A stretch of DNA of 41,178 nt from a virus (Duplodnaviria; Caudoviricetes). The notes beneath the pieces were generated by a model that worked only from the letters and a program-made list of their open reading frames with translations, did not search any database and was not told where the DNA came from. The stretch is from positions 1 through 41,178 of IMG/VR virus record IMGVR_UViG_3300038393_000726; one strand, 5' to 3'. Positions 8,415-17,182 of this stretch are shown one piece after another. How positions within the stretch are numbered: position 1 is the first letter of the stretch; every line of letters begins with the position of its first letter. Both the position numbers and the translations under genes were made by a program.

Positions 8415-9193
8415 TTGCGCGCCTTCCGAGCCTGTAGGGCATGAACCGCCTTGTCGAAGTGGCGGGCCGGCAAGTCGGAAACGGCGTCAACCTTCGCCCA
8501 CTCACAGAACTTATCGACCGGCATGTCGCCTTCGTGGATCAGGGCCAGGAGCACATCACGCTGCTCGACCGTAACAGTCGGCTCTCGGTCTTCCGGCATA
8601 TTGCCGTCCGTGTCATCTTCGCCCACAGCCACGTTGAAGATGCCCTTGAGCAAATAGCGCTGGCCGTAGGACGAAGCGGCGCCGGTCGCGTGGGTCTTGG
8701 TCATCACGTCACCGCCCTTGGCGCCCTTGCCGTCTGCCGGCATGTCCTTGCGATACGTGCGGGTGAAGCCGTCCTCGTGCGCGACATAGGCGAGACAGCG
8801 GATATGATCCTGCTTCGGGGAGTCTGCCTCGTCGAAGCTCACTGAAAAGCCGTGTTTGGTGTAGATCGGCCGCAGGACGCTATCGAGCTTTGCGTAGGTG
8901 GCGTATTTGCTTTTGGTCTGGGAGTTGTCGGCGTCGGCTGCGATGGCGCGCATTTCAGCCTGACAGGCTTTCATGGCCTCATTGAAGGCGCGCTCCGCCT
9001 GCCGGCTCATTTCGCGTTCGCGCATCGCCATGAGGCGTTCCATCTTGTCCAGATCGACATTCGGGTCACGGGCGGCGCGCTCGATTATCTGGAAGATTGC
9101 GGCCGACTCCGACATTGGAAGGGAAGGCGCAGGGATTGGGTCTGCAACCGCATTCTCGATGTGCTCGACCAGTGCTTGAGATACCTGTGTCAT
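8411..9193 (-). CDS. ERF-family single-strand annealing protein
   Basis: KYATYAKLD and GAASSYGQRYLLKGIFNV..GEDDTDG motifs. Confidence 0.88.
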   Translation of the reverse strand: MTQVSQALVEHIENAVADPIPAPSLPMSESAAIFQIIERAARDPNVDLDKMERLMAMREREMSRQAERAFNEAMKACQAEMRAIAADADNSQTKSKYATYAKLDSVLRPIYTKHGFSVSFDEADSPKQDHIRCLAYVAHEDGFTRTYRKDMPADGKGAKGGDVMTKTHATGAASSYGQRYLLKGIFNVAVGEDDTDGNMPEDREPTVTVEQRDVLLALIHEGDMPVDKFCEWAKVDAVSDLPARHFDKAVHALQARKARK

Positions 9194-9441
9194 GCGGCTC
9201 TCCGTTCGTTCTCGATTTCATCGGCGGCAGCAGAGAACCGCGCCGCTTCGTTGATCTGGCGTTTCGCCTCGTCAGTCTGGCCGGCGTCGAGGCAGATCAT
9301 TGCCCAGCGGCGAGCGCGTAGCATCATGGCGCGGTACTCACCGGCTGATAGGCATCCCCATACAGCACGCTGCGAACGGGATAGTTCGATGTTCAGGGTC
9401 TCGTCCAAAAGATCGCGTGGCATGTCACTGTTCCCAAGCAT
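9190..9441 (-). CDS. Hypothetical protein (start may be 9423)
   Basis: In operon, coupled to ERF gene. Confidence 0.55.
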   Translation of the reverse strand: MLGNSDMPRDLLDETLNIELSRSQRAVWGCLSAGEYRAMMLRARRWAMICLDAGQTDEAKRQINEAARFSAAADEIENERRAA

Positions 9442-9799
9442 CGCTCGACCGCGCGAACGGAATGCCCGCCGCCGTCATCGCCGCTTCCGTTTCAGAAATT
9501 GTCCGAAGGTTCCCGAGATAGGCCGATAGCTGCCAGGGAAGGCGCCTCTCGCAGATCTCGACATAGGCGGGGCTGTGGACCGGCCAGTGGCCGCCCGGCA
9601 GGCGATCATTCTTCTCTGCGATGACCTTCATGTATGCCCGTACATGGATGATGTCGCTGGCGATGTCCTGCGAGGCAATTCGCCAAGCTGAGGACAACCG
9701 ATCAGCTTCATCGACCGACACCATCGCGCGAATTGCATTGCGCATCTGCGGGAACGTCAGGATGGTCGCGCTCTCGCTTATGGGGCGGTGATGGGTCAT
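9425..9799 (-). CDS. Hypothetical protein
   Basis: GGAGG SD, ATGA coupling. Confidence 0.65.
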   Translation of the reverse strand: MTHHRPISESATILTFPQMRNAIRAMVSVDEADRLSSAWRIASQDIASDIIHVRAYMKVIAEKNDRLPGGHWPVHSPAYVEICERRLPWQLSAYLGNLRTISETEAAMTAAGIPFARSSDAWEQ

Positions 9800-10125
9800 G
9801 GAGTTTCCTCCGGCAGAAGGCTCTTGAGGAAGGCGACTTCATCGCGGGCGGCGGCGTGGGCTGTATCGCGGCATTTGTCGACGTGTGGGTGCGCTCCCCA
9901 GTCATACCGAGCTGCGGCAGCTGACCTATAAGGCGTGCCGCGACAAAACTGCTGTCCAGTCCTTTCGTAAACGGGACAATTGAGACAACTACCGGGGAAG
10001 ATAAACAAGCCGCACAGCGGGCAATCTATGTCCTGGGTCCTGTACTCAGCCGGCGTCTTAGCCTCAGCATTCCGCTCCCATTTCGCGATGGAAGCTTTCA
10101 GTGCTTCAAGTGTTTTCGCGTCCAT
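9796..10125 (-). CDS. Cys-rich hypothetical protein
   Basis: ASIAKWE, CPLC, C..CPV motifs; ATG at 10125. Confidence 0.7.
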   Translation of the reverse strand: MDAKTLEALKASIAKWERNAEAKTPAEYRTQDIDCPLCGLFIFPGSCLNCPVYERTGQQFCRGTPYRSAAAARYDWGAHPHVDKCRDTAHAAARDEVAFLKSLLPEETP

Positions 10126-10174
10126 GACTGTTCTCTCTGGTGAAGCCGCCGACTGTGCGGGACTGCGAGTGGTG

Positions 10175-10435
10175 TCAGTCGATCCCCACGACGGCCTTGA
10201 CCATCGCGATTGTTTCATCATGCAGACCGGCCCAGCGGCGCATCATCTGTGCCTTGGCAAGCCTTGCGTCGTGGGCGTCGGCGCAGTAGTCTTTGAAGTC
10301 CTGAATTGCCTCGGCTTCCGTGCGGCCCCAGCCGTAGTTTCCAGCCTCTTCCTCGCCGTCGTAATGCGCGCACCAGTCCCAATTCCGCGCCGGGATTGGC
10401 GGGTTCACAAAGCTTGTGACGATCTTGCGTTCCAT
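10175..10435 (-). CDS. Hypothetical phage protein
   Basis: PPIPARNWDWCA and GWGRTEAEAIQD; GGAG SD. Confidence 0.75.
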   Translation of the reverse strand: MERKIVTSFVNPPIPARNWDWCAHYDGEEEAGNYGWGRTEAEAIQDFKDYCADAHDARLAKAQMMRRWAGLHDETIAMVKAVVGID

Positions 10436-10483
10436 GCTGTTGCTCCATCTATCGCGGTATCGGGCTTGCGGTTGGGGAGGGGG

Positions 10484-10681
10484 TCAGTTAGCGAGTACCG
10501 ATTTTGCAAAACAGATCGCCCTATCCAGCTTGTTGAGGTAGGCGCCGCCCGTGAAACCCCTGGTGTGAACTTGCCGGCGCATCTGTGCGAGCAAATCGCG
10601 CCGGTCGCTCTCAAGCCGGATAAGCCATTGCTGGAACGTCAAATCCTCCGGCTTGGTGAAGTCTGATTTGCGCGGTTGCAT
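10484..10681 (-). CDS. Hypothetical protein
   Basis: GGAG SD, operon orientation. Confidence 0.55.
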   Translation of the reverse strand: MQPRKSDFTKPEDLTFQQWLIRLESDRRDLLAQMRRQVHTRGFTGGAYLNKLDRAICFAKSVLAN

Positions 10682-10727
10682 CGTTCGTCTCCAGAGCGCA
10701 TCTGCTGCGCTTGTTGTGGGGGATGGG

Positions 10728-10925
10728 TTAGGCGTGGCGGCGCTGGATCGCGCGGGCTTTCCGTTGCCGCTTGCGCGCCGCTTTCTTCGCCGGGTCGGTG
10801 ACAGATGGACGCTTGAGGTGACGCCGGATATCGGCGATTTCCTGCTGCGTCGGAATGGACATTGCCATAGCGGCGAGCGCTGCCATCTCGCTTGCTCTGA
10901 ATATCGGTGGCCATCCGTTCATCAT
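10728..10925 (-). CDS. Small basic protein, first gene of the leftward early operon
   Basis: GAGGAG SD; Arg/Lys-rich C-terminus KKAARKRQRKARAIQRR. Confidence 0.6.
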   Translation of the reverse strand: MMNGWPPIFRASEMAALAAMAMSIPTQQEIADIRRHLKRPSVTDPAKKAARKRQRKARAIQRRHA

Positions 10926-10988
10926 CTTCTCCTCTTGCTGAGACCCAGATCAGGCCGGAGCCGTCTTGCGTGTGTCTCGATGGCCATA

Positions 10989-11038
10989 TGTGTATCAGAT
11001 GCACATACGAAGTCAACAGTCTTGTGCATCGGATGCAC
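10989..11038 (-). promoter_or_regulatory. Left operators and PL-like promoter
   Basis: GTGTATCAGATGCAC (10990-11004) and perfect palindrome GTGCATCGGATGCAC (11024-11038) flank a minus-strand TTGACT (11011-11016). Confidence 0.8.
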
Positions 11039-11046
11039 GAAATATT

Positions 11047-11075
11047 TTGACTGTGCGCGAATCTTGGCCTAGAAG
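11047..11075 (+). promoter_or_regulatory. Putative rightward sigma70 promoter
   Basis: TTGACT-N17-TAGAAG. Confidence 0.5.
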
Positions 11076-11079
11076 TGGC

Positions 11080-11340
11080 GTCGCTGGGAATGACGAAACC
11101 GGTTCGGCCCAGCCATTTTCAAGAGAGCAAGGAACGGGATTCGATCACGGCTCTGCGGGTTTCTGGCGGCTTCGGCTGGTGGTGCGCCCGGATCGACGGA
11201 AGAGACTTCCGAAAAAGGCACTGAGGACGGGCGTAGCTCTGCGGCCCTCTATGGAGTAAGCGGCTGTCGGCTCCGGTCTTCAGACCCCCTCCGTGCCAGG
11301 AACCTTGGCTTACAGCCGGGGTTCTTGGTTTATGGAGGTC
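11080..11340 (+). ncRNA. Candidate structured non-coding RNA
   Basis: No convincing ORF; cUUCGg hairpin 11167-11178, CGGAAG/CTTCCG hairpin 11197-11211, 23-bp stem 11288-11338 with five G-U pairs. Confidence 0.4.
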
Positions 11341-11378
11341 ACGACCATCTCACCAATCTTCAAAGCCAGTTTACCCAG

Positions 11379-11714
11379 CTATTGCTTAGAACCTAAACGC
11401 CCGCGAGCATAACCGACGATCTCAGCTCGCTGCTCTGGCGTGGCCGATTTCAAGATCAAGGTCAGATCCACGACTTCGCCTTCTTTGAGCGGATTGACGT
11501 TCAAAATATCCCACGGCTCACAATCGTAGGCTTCGGCGGCGGCCTCAAGCAGCCCTTGGTTATATGGAGACTCTCCGCGCTCGATCCGGCTCAAGTTAGA
11601 TCGGTCCAGGTTCAAGCGCTCTGCGGCCTGCTCCTGCGTTAGGCGCCGAAAGGCACGCCACTCTTTGAGGAATGTGCGGCGGAGTTTCTGGCGAGGCTTC
11701 TTGACCGGAGGCAT
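11379..11714 (-). CDS. CI-like Xre HTH repressor (no peptidase domain)
   Basis: LKEWRAFRRLTQEQAAERLNLDRSNLSRIERG; divergent from cro-like gene. Confidence 0.9.
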   Translation of the reverse strand: MPPVKKPRQKLRRTFLKEWRAFRRLTQEQAAERLNLDRSNLSRIERGESPYNQGLLEAAAEAYDCEPWDILNVNPLKEGEVVDLTLILKSATPEQRAEIVGYARGRLGSKQ

Positions 11715-11806
11715 GTCGGGATTCTGCTAACTCACCGCCAACTGTCTATAACATCACATGCACATCGTGCTTGACATGCACAATCTACATCGTGTATCAG
11801 ATGCAC
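11715..11806. promoter_or_regulatory. Right operator region with divergent PRM/PR-like promoters
   Basis: Operators at 11749-11763, 11767-11781 and 11792-11806 (GTGTATCAGATGCAC); plus-strand TTGACA at 11771-11776; minus-strand TAGACA-N16-CAGAAT. Confidence 0.8.
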
Positions 11807-11998
11807 ATGACCCTCGCTGAATTCATGGAACTGGAAAAGCTCACCGACGCAGGCCTGGCCGAAAAGGTGGGGCGCGATCGGTCGAACGTCACCCGCTGGC
11901 GCCGAGGCGATACGAAGCCGGATTTCGAGGCTTTGGTTGCCATCGAGAAGATAACTGGCGGCAAGGTCACGGCTCTCGATTTTGCGAGGGCGTCATGA
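11807..11998 (+). CDS. Cro-like HTH regulator
   Basis: MTLAEFM..LAEKVGRDRSNVTRWRRG..P......IEKITGGKVTALDF. Confidence 0.9.
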   Translation: MTLAEFMELEKLTDAGLAEKVGRDRSNVTRWRRGDTKPDFEALVAIEKITGGKVTALDFARAS

Positions 11999-12579
11999 GC
12001 GACACAGCCAACTGGATCGGCCACGCTAAGCCCGTAAAAGACACCTATGCGGCTAAGCTGTACTGGAACACCGCGACCCCCGCGAAGGATTTGGCGGCTG
12101 AGTTCGCTTGTGCGAACCCGGCGCACGTCAACAAGGTAGCTGGCCCTGCCGTTCTGGACCTTCGTTGCATCGATTGTAATGCTTTCAAGATTGCCACGTC
12201 GCGAAGCGATGCTCAAAGCGATCTTGCTCGCCCCAATCGCTATCGGTGCGAACCCTGCGACCGCGCGGAGCGTGATCGCAAGCAGCGTGAGCAGTGGGCA
12301 AAATGGAAGCGCGATGGTGAGCGGAAAGAAGAACTCCGCTGGATGCCATACAAGGACTATCTCGGCACCGACGAATGGTCCGAGCGCCGCAAGAAGGTAA
12401 TCCGGCGAGCTGAGTTCAAGTGCCAGGTTTGCGCGGCTGGCGGGCGCCTTCACGTCCACCATCGCACTTACATTCGTCGTGGAGTTGAACGTATCGAGGA
12501 CATGATCGCGCTTTGCGCGGACTGTCACGAGATTTTCCACCGTAACGGCAAGCTGTCCGAAGGCGGGAGGGCCGCCTAA
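11995..12579 (+). CDS. HNH endonuclease with N-terminal Zn-binding region
   Basis: CIDC/CEPC; YKDYLGTDEW, CQVC, LHVHHRTY and LCADCH. Confidence 0.85.
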   Translation: MSDTANWIGHAKPVKDTYAAKLYWNTATPAKDLAAEFACANPAHVNKVAGPAVLDLRCIDCNAFKIATSRSDAQSDLARPNRYRCEPCDRAERDRKQREQWAKWKRDGERKEELRWMPYKDYLGTDEWSERRKKVIRRAEFKCQVCAAGGRLHVHHRTYIRRGVERIEDMIALCADCHEIFHRNGKLSEGGRAA

Positions 12580-12839
12580 TGCGCCAGCAGCTTCAGCACA
12601 TCTTCGCTCGCCTGCCTGATGGAATCCTTCGTCATCTGCATGGCGGAGAATACGGCAACGGTCGGCAGCACAATTCTGGCCACCACCACGTACTCGATCG
12701 TGCCGGCGTAGTCGTGAAGGGATTTCTGTCTTGCGTAAAACGTGAAGCGGAAATTGCCGTCTTGCAAGTCCTCGGCCTGGGCAAGGCCGGAGGCGAACAC
12801 GTCCTGGATGGCGATTGGTTCCGTCAAAAGCTGATGCAT
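12576..12839 (-). CDS. Hypothetical protein, opposite to the early operon
   Basis: Protein-like composition (DVFASGLA..EDL.DGNFRFTFY); GGGAG upstream. Confidence 0.6.
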   Translation of the reverse strand: MHQLLTEPIAIQDVFASGLAQAEDLQDGNFRFTFYARQKSLHDYAGTIEYVVVARIVLPTVAVFSAMQMTKDSIRQASEDVLKLLAH

Positions 12840-13098
12840 CTCCCAAGCCCTTTTTCGAGCCGGGGTTGTTGGCTTTCATTGCCGGCTCGCGCTCAGGCTG
12901 CGTCGGTTTACGATACATCGGCAAGTCAACTTTTAGACCTTCTAACACTCGCCTGTGGATATCCTTCACCAGCCGTTAACGAGTGCAACTGGCGCGTGAT
13001 CACTTCGCGTCCTGCTTTCATGAGGGCTTGCTAATGCTTTGCCCTGCAACGGAAATCCATTCTCGCGCAACAACAAATGATAGCTGGCGGGGGAAGAT

Positions 13099-13383
13099 AT
13101 GAGCGACATGATCGAGCGCGTTGCCGAGGCAATCGGGAGCATGGACGATTGGGATCGTTGCGATAACGCTCCTGATCATAGGGCCCACCTTCCGGCATGG
13201 ACGGAATACGAAGACATGGCGCGCGCCGCCATTGAAGCCATGCGCGAGCCGACTGACGCGATGGCCGAATTCGCGGAGGAAAACTTCGATCGCGACAGCG
13301 ACGACATCAAGGTTTGCTATCGCGCGTTCATCGACGCAGCTCTCTCCCAATCTCCCCACTCCTTGCCCTCGGAGGATCGCTAG
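13099..13383 (+). CDS. Hypothetical phage protein
   Basis: MIERVAEAI and ARAAIEAMREPTDAM motifs. Confidence 0.8.
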   Translation: MSDMIERVAEAIGSMDDWDRCDNAPDHRAHLPAWTEYEDMARAAIEAMREPTDAMAEFAEENFDRDSDDIKVCYRAFIDAALSQSPHSLPSEDR

Positions 13384-13677
13384 ATGAGCGAGCCAGACGC
13401 AAACGGCTGGATGCTGATCGAGACGGCGCCAAAGGATGGGACATACGTCCTGTGCGGTGCGCCCGGTCATAGCGCAAGCGTGTATTTCTGGAACGGCCAC
13501 GCTTGGGACGACGGCGACTTCTTCTCTAACGAAATGTGGCCGACGCACTGGATGCCCCTTTCTCTTCCTCCAGGTTCCCCCTCCTTGCCTCTCACCCCAG
13601 AGGCATCGACGCCGGCAGGCGAAGGCCACACACCTCCCTCGTCGCCTGCCGGCACTAATTCAGAGGCGCAGCCATGA
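13384..13677 (+). CDS. DUF551-like phage protein
   Basis: WMLIETAPKDGT...PTHWMPL. Confidence 0.75.
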   Translation: MSEPDANGWMLIETAPKDGTYVLCGAPGHSASVYFWNGHAWDDGDFFSNEMWPTHWMPLSLPPGSPSLPLTPEASTPAGEGHTPPSSPAGTNSEAQP

Positions 13678-14057
13678 GCCGTATTCAGCAAATCCGCGAA
13701 GAAGCCGCCCAGCAGGAGCGTTACTGGCACGGTCGCAAGGTCGGGGCTATCCGGCTGGCTCTCCTTGAGGCTCAGTCCATGGATATGACCGCTTCGGAGG
13801 CTGCCAAGTACCTCGGAATATCTGTAATGGGCGTCTATAACCATTGCGCTCGCTACAAGATCAAGCTCCGGCTTGCGCAAGGTCATTGGTACCCGGAGAC
13901 CGCCGGAGAGATTGAGGTATTCTCTTCTGCGCGTGAGACGGCCATCCGCAATCGCGGTAAAGCGTCCGCTTCTCAGATAGCCAATGCTTGCGGCATCACT
14001 CGAAATTCCGTCATCGGATACTGGAATCGCGCTCGCGCAGCGGGTCTCATCCAATGA
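13674..14057 (+). CDS. Double-HTH protein with GcrA-like C-terminal HTH
   Basis: SASQIANACGITRNSVIG resembles the GcrA N-terminal SASQIA..LG.VTRNAVIG; second HTH TASEAAKYLGIS. Confidence 0.65.
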   Translation: MSRIQQIREEAAQQERYWHGRKVGAIRLALLEAQSMDMTASEAAKYLGISVMGVYNHCARYKIKLRLAQGHWYPETAGEIEVFSSARETAIRNRGKASASQIANACGITRNSVIGYWNRARAAGLIQ

Positions 14058-14471
14058 CATCCTTTTCACCAAAACCCAGGAGCGTGTTCAGCGCGGTCTG
14101 TAGGTCCGACGGTATCGTCCTGGGCAGGACGCGAGCAACCGTTGGAAGTCGATTCTCTCTCAACGCAAGTCTCGCGTCCGCCTATTCCAATCCCGCTGCA
14201 TTCATCCTCCCTGGCGGCGGGCCGCTGCGGAGGAGCGTCGAGCTTACCCGAACCCTTATGGCTCCGCTCCTCCGCATTTTTTCCCGGGGACCACGGGAAA
14301 TCTTGAATCTGTTCGGAGCCTTGAAGGCGCTCCGAAGCCTTTCGTCTAACGCGTTCGTCCAGCACCCTGAGAAGTCGGGACGCAGCGTCGCTCAAACTTT
14401 CCGTATCTCGCCAGTTCCGGTCCTTTCGTTGGTCGCTGTTCATGCAGTGAACCTAACCGAGGATCGAAAGC

Positions 14472-14849
14472 ATGAAGTGCCCAAAAAATGTGGATTCTGA
14501 ACCCATGAGTGCCGCAGTCGCAACTGAGTACGTGCGCAAGATGGTCGCCCTAGAGGACGCCAACGCTGAGCGCGCGATGGAAAAGCTCCAGGCCAAGTAC
14601 GGCTTGAGTTATTGGACGCTCGACCACTTTCGTCGTCGGCAGGCCAAGACATGCGAGGTGGCATTGTTCGCCCGCATCAAGGCCGCGTTCATCGATCATT
14701 GCGGCAAACAGGCCGCCAGACTGATACAAGAGGCAGAGACAGCCCAGGCGGTGAACTACGATGACGATGTGGCAGCTATTCAAGATGAAATTTGCGCTCT
14801 GGCGGCTCGCTTGGCGGCTGCGAAGGGCAAAGCGAAGAGGGCGGCGTGA
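14472..14849 (+). CDS. Putative DNA-binding regulator (CII-like position)
   Basis: HTH-like AMEKLQAKYGLSYWTLDHFR; position in early right operon. Confidence 0.6.
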   Translation: MKCPKNVDSEPMSAAVATEYVRKMVALEDANAERAMEKLQAKYGLSYWTLDHFRRRQAKTCEVALFARIKAAFIDHCGKQAARLIQEAETAQAVNYDDDVAAIQDEICALAARLAAAKGKAKRAA

Positions 14850-15388
14850 TGATGGGAGCGCTGACCGCTGAACGCCTTCGAGCCGTTTTAGATTACGACG
14901 CGAACACTGGAATTTTTACCTGGGCGTTCAGGCCGCTTAGCGACTTCGCTAACACACAGGCATACGGCTCATTTGTCGCGCGCTGCCTCGGGAAAGAGGC
15001 AGGCTCGCCCACGATGAATGGCTATAGAAGGATTACCGTAGACAGAACGCCATATCTTGCGCATCGGCTCGCATGGCTTCACTTCCATGGATCATGGCCA
15101 TCGCAACATATTGACCACATCAACGGAGACGGATGCGACAATCGTATCGTGAATCTCCGCGATGTGTCGAATGCCGATAACCACCGCAATCTGCGCCTCA
15201 TGAGGACGAACAATAGCGGCGTCTGTGGTGTCCGCCATACGCCCTATGGGACGTTCTCGGCCACCATTTGGGAAAACTCAAAGATCATTCATCTCGGCTC
15301 CTTCAAAACGAAGGAGGAGGCAATCGCTGCGCGGAAGGCGGCAGAGCGCCAACTTGGCTATCACCCTAACCACGGGAGGGCTGCATGA
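14849..15388 (+). CDS. HNH homing endonuclease with C-terminal AP2-like domain
   Basis: LDYDANTGIFTW, YLAHRLAW, IDHINGDGCDNRIVNLR, NNSGVCGV and HLGSFKTKEEAIAARKAAE. Confidence 0.92.
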   Translation: MMGALTAERLRAVLDYDANTGIFTWAFRPLSDFANTQAYGSFVARCLGKEAGSPTMNGYRRITVDRTPYLAHRLAWLHFHGSWPSQHIDHINGDGCDNRIVNLRDVSNADNHRNLRLMRTNNSGVCGVRHTPYGTFSATIWENSKIIHLGSFKTKEEAIAARKAAERQLGYHPNHGRAA

Positions 15389-15558
15389 GGCTCACCGGCT
15401 GCATAGCCTGCTCCATTGTCGCGTTCAATTGCGCGGAGAAGGCAGTTGGCTATCAGCCGCAGGAGCTTTTTGCCGCCGATGCCATCTGGATTTGGTGGGT
15501 GCCGGCGTTGTTCTGGATGATTGGTGGCCTTCGTATTTTGGCAGGAGAAGCAGCATGA
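15385..15558 (+). CDS. Small membrane protein
   Basis: ATGA overlaps on both sides; Trp-rich TM. Confidence 0.55.
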   Translation: MRLTGCIACSIVAFNCAEKAVGYQPQELFAADAIWIWWVPALFWMIGGLRILAGEAA

Positions 15559-15761
15559 ACGCGCACTCAAAACCGCTTCGCGTGGTCGCACTAGATGGAA
15601 TCTGGGAGCTTGACCAAAACACCGGCCATTACGAGCGCCTGGATATCTTCGAGGAAGAGGCCAGCTATCCCTTCCCCGGTCTGATCATCATCTCCCTCGC
15701 CCTTCTAAGCTGGGCAGTCATCGGGATAGCTGCCTATGCGGTGTGGAGGCTTTTCCTTTGA
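15555..15761 (+). CDS. Small protein with C-terminal TM
   Basis: AGGAG SD, ATG at 15555. Confidence 0.65.
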   Translation: MNAHSKPLRVVALDGIWELDQNTGHYERLDIFEEEASYPFPGLIIISLALLSWAVIGIAAYAVWRLFL

Positions 15762-15840
15762 CCGCAATCCACCCCGCGCACACTCCTCCGCATAACCCCA
15801 ACCCATCAGGCTTGTTCCTGTTCCAAGGCGGGAGCGAAAT

Positions 15841-16227
15841 TTGATCCGCATCGCGATTTCCGAAATGCCACCATCTGCAAATGCCATGCGCAAGTCGTTT
15901 GTGGATAAGTCCGGGAAATTGCGCTCGGTAAAGACTGAAACATATGCGGCTTGGAAAGAGGCGACGTCATGGGAGATCGCTGGCAAGAAGCTTGAATGCA
16001 TCAGTGGCCCCTATCGCCTCTACATCGCCGTACAGCGCGATTGGAGAAGCAAGAGGGCTCGCGACATCGACAACATCATCAAGCCTGTTTCTGACGCCCT
16101 GGTGGCCGCTGGCGTCGTTTCAGATGACAGCCTCGCAGAAGAAGTAAACGCCAAGTGGGCGGACAATCTCGGCGGCCCTGCTGTCGTTGCCCTGATTTGC
16201 CCAGCCGAAGAAGCACTAGCCGCCTAG
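15841..16227 (+). CDS. rusA: RusA Holliday junction resolvase
   Basis: PPSAN and RDIDNIIKPVSDALVAAGVVSDDS motifs. Confidence 0.9.
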   Translation: MIRIAISEMPPSANAMRKSFVDKSGKLRSVKTETYAAWKEATSWEIAGKKLECISGPYRLYIAVQRDWRSKRARDIDNIIKPVSDALVAAGVVSDDSLAEEVNAKWADNLGGPAVVALICPAEEALAA

Positions 16228-16265
16228 ACATTCGATAGGGCGCCAAGCCCGCATTTGAGGGACTC

Positions 16266-16781
16266 ATGGGAAAACGATCGGATTTTGCGCGCCGGCCTAT
16301 GGATGCCTATGCGACACCGCGAGCTGCGATACTGCCATTGATTCCGCATTTGCGCGGTATTCAGACATACGCAGAGCCCTGCTGTGGCGGGATGGATCTT
16401 GTCAATCATCTTTGGGATCTTGGCATCACGTGCGTCTACGCGAATGACATCCAGTTTGGAGCGGACGCCCTAGATCTTACGCATCTGGATTGCGACGCGA
16501 TCATCACGAATCCACCCTGGAGTCGGGAGATCCTGCATCCGATGATCAGGCATTTCCAAAGGCTGGCGCCAACCTGGCTGCTATTCGATGCTGATTGGGT
16601 CCACACCCGGCAGGCCGCGCCGTTCCTTGAGAACTGCAGCCACATTGTCTCGGTCGGCCGCGTCAAGTGGATAGCAGACTCCAAGCACACCGGCAAAGAC
16701 AACGCCGCCTGGTATCGGTTCCATTCTCAACATCATGACGGGCCGCGCTTCATTGGCCCGATGGTCAAGGAGGCAGCATGA
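16266..16781 (+). CDS. Orphan amino-DNA methyltransferase (likely m6A)
   Basis: DAYATP, EPCCGG SAM-binding variant, IITNPPW catalytic motif. Confidence 0.82.
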   Translation: MGKRSDFARRPMDAYATPRAAILPLIPHLRGIQTYAEPCCGGMDLVNHLWDLGITCVYANDIQFGADALDLTHLDCDAIITNPPWSREILHPMIRHFQRLAPTWLLFDADWVHTRQAAPFLENCSHIVSVGRVKWIADSKHTGKDNAAWYRFHSQHHDGPRFIGPMVKEAA

Positions 16782-17182
16782 CCGACTTTGAGCAGTTCTG
16801 GGAAGCTTACCCCAGGCGGATAGCAAAAGGCACAGCCCGCACCGCCTTCGAGAAGGCAATCCGCAAGACCGATCTAGCCACGATGCTTGCGGCCATTGCG
16901 GATTACATCCGCTTCAAGCCCGAGCGCATCGACTTCAAGCATCCGGCTACCTGGTTGAACGGGGAGTGCTGGTCCGATGAGTGGGCCAGTGTTCCACGGG
17001 AAACGGGCCGCCGCCGCACTTTCGCAGACGTAGCAATCGACAGGTTCACCAATGGATCAGCAGGCTTTCAAGGAACTGACGCGAATGCTGGAGTCGTTCC
17101 CTCAGACCAGCGGCAACCCGGATCTGACGGTGAGCGCCTACGAATTGGCGGTCCATGGCCTGTCTTCCCAAGCCATCATTGA
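16778..17182 (+). CDS. Short phage replication protein (C-terminal-domain-only initiator-like)
   Basis: FEQFWEAYPRRIAK and KHPATWLNGECWSDE motifs. Confidence 0.75.
   Translation: MTDFEQFWEAYPRRIAKGTARTAFEKAIRKTDLATMLAAIADYIRFKPERIDFKHPATWLNGECWSDEWASVPRETGRRRTFADVAIDRFTNGSAGFQGTDANAGVVPSDQRQPGSDGERLRIGGPWPVFPSHH

Noticed and set aside
11797-12969. 390-aa minus-strand ORF
   Set aside because: Antisense to cro and the HNH gene, which have clear motifs; no recognisable domain; typical high-GC shadow ORF.
14066-14443. 125-aa minus-strand ORF and overlapping plus-strand ORF 13988-14500
   Set aside because: Neither shows motifs or a convincing start context; I cannot decide which, if either, is real.
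15900-15908. Perfect DnaA box TGTGGATAA
   Set aside because: Single copy inside the rusA coding sequence with no cluster or AT-rich unwinding region; could be chance.
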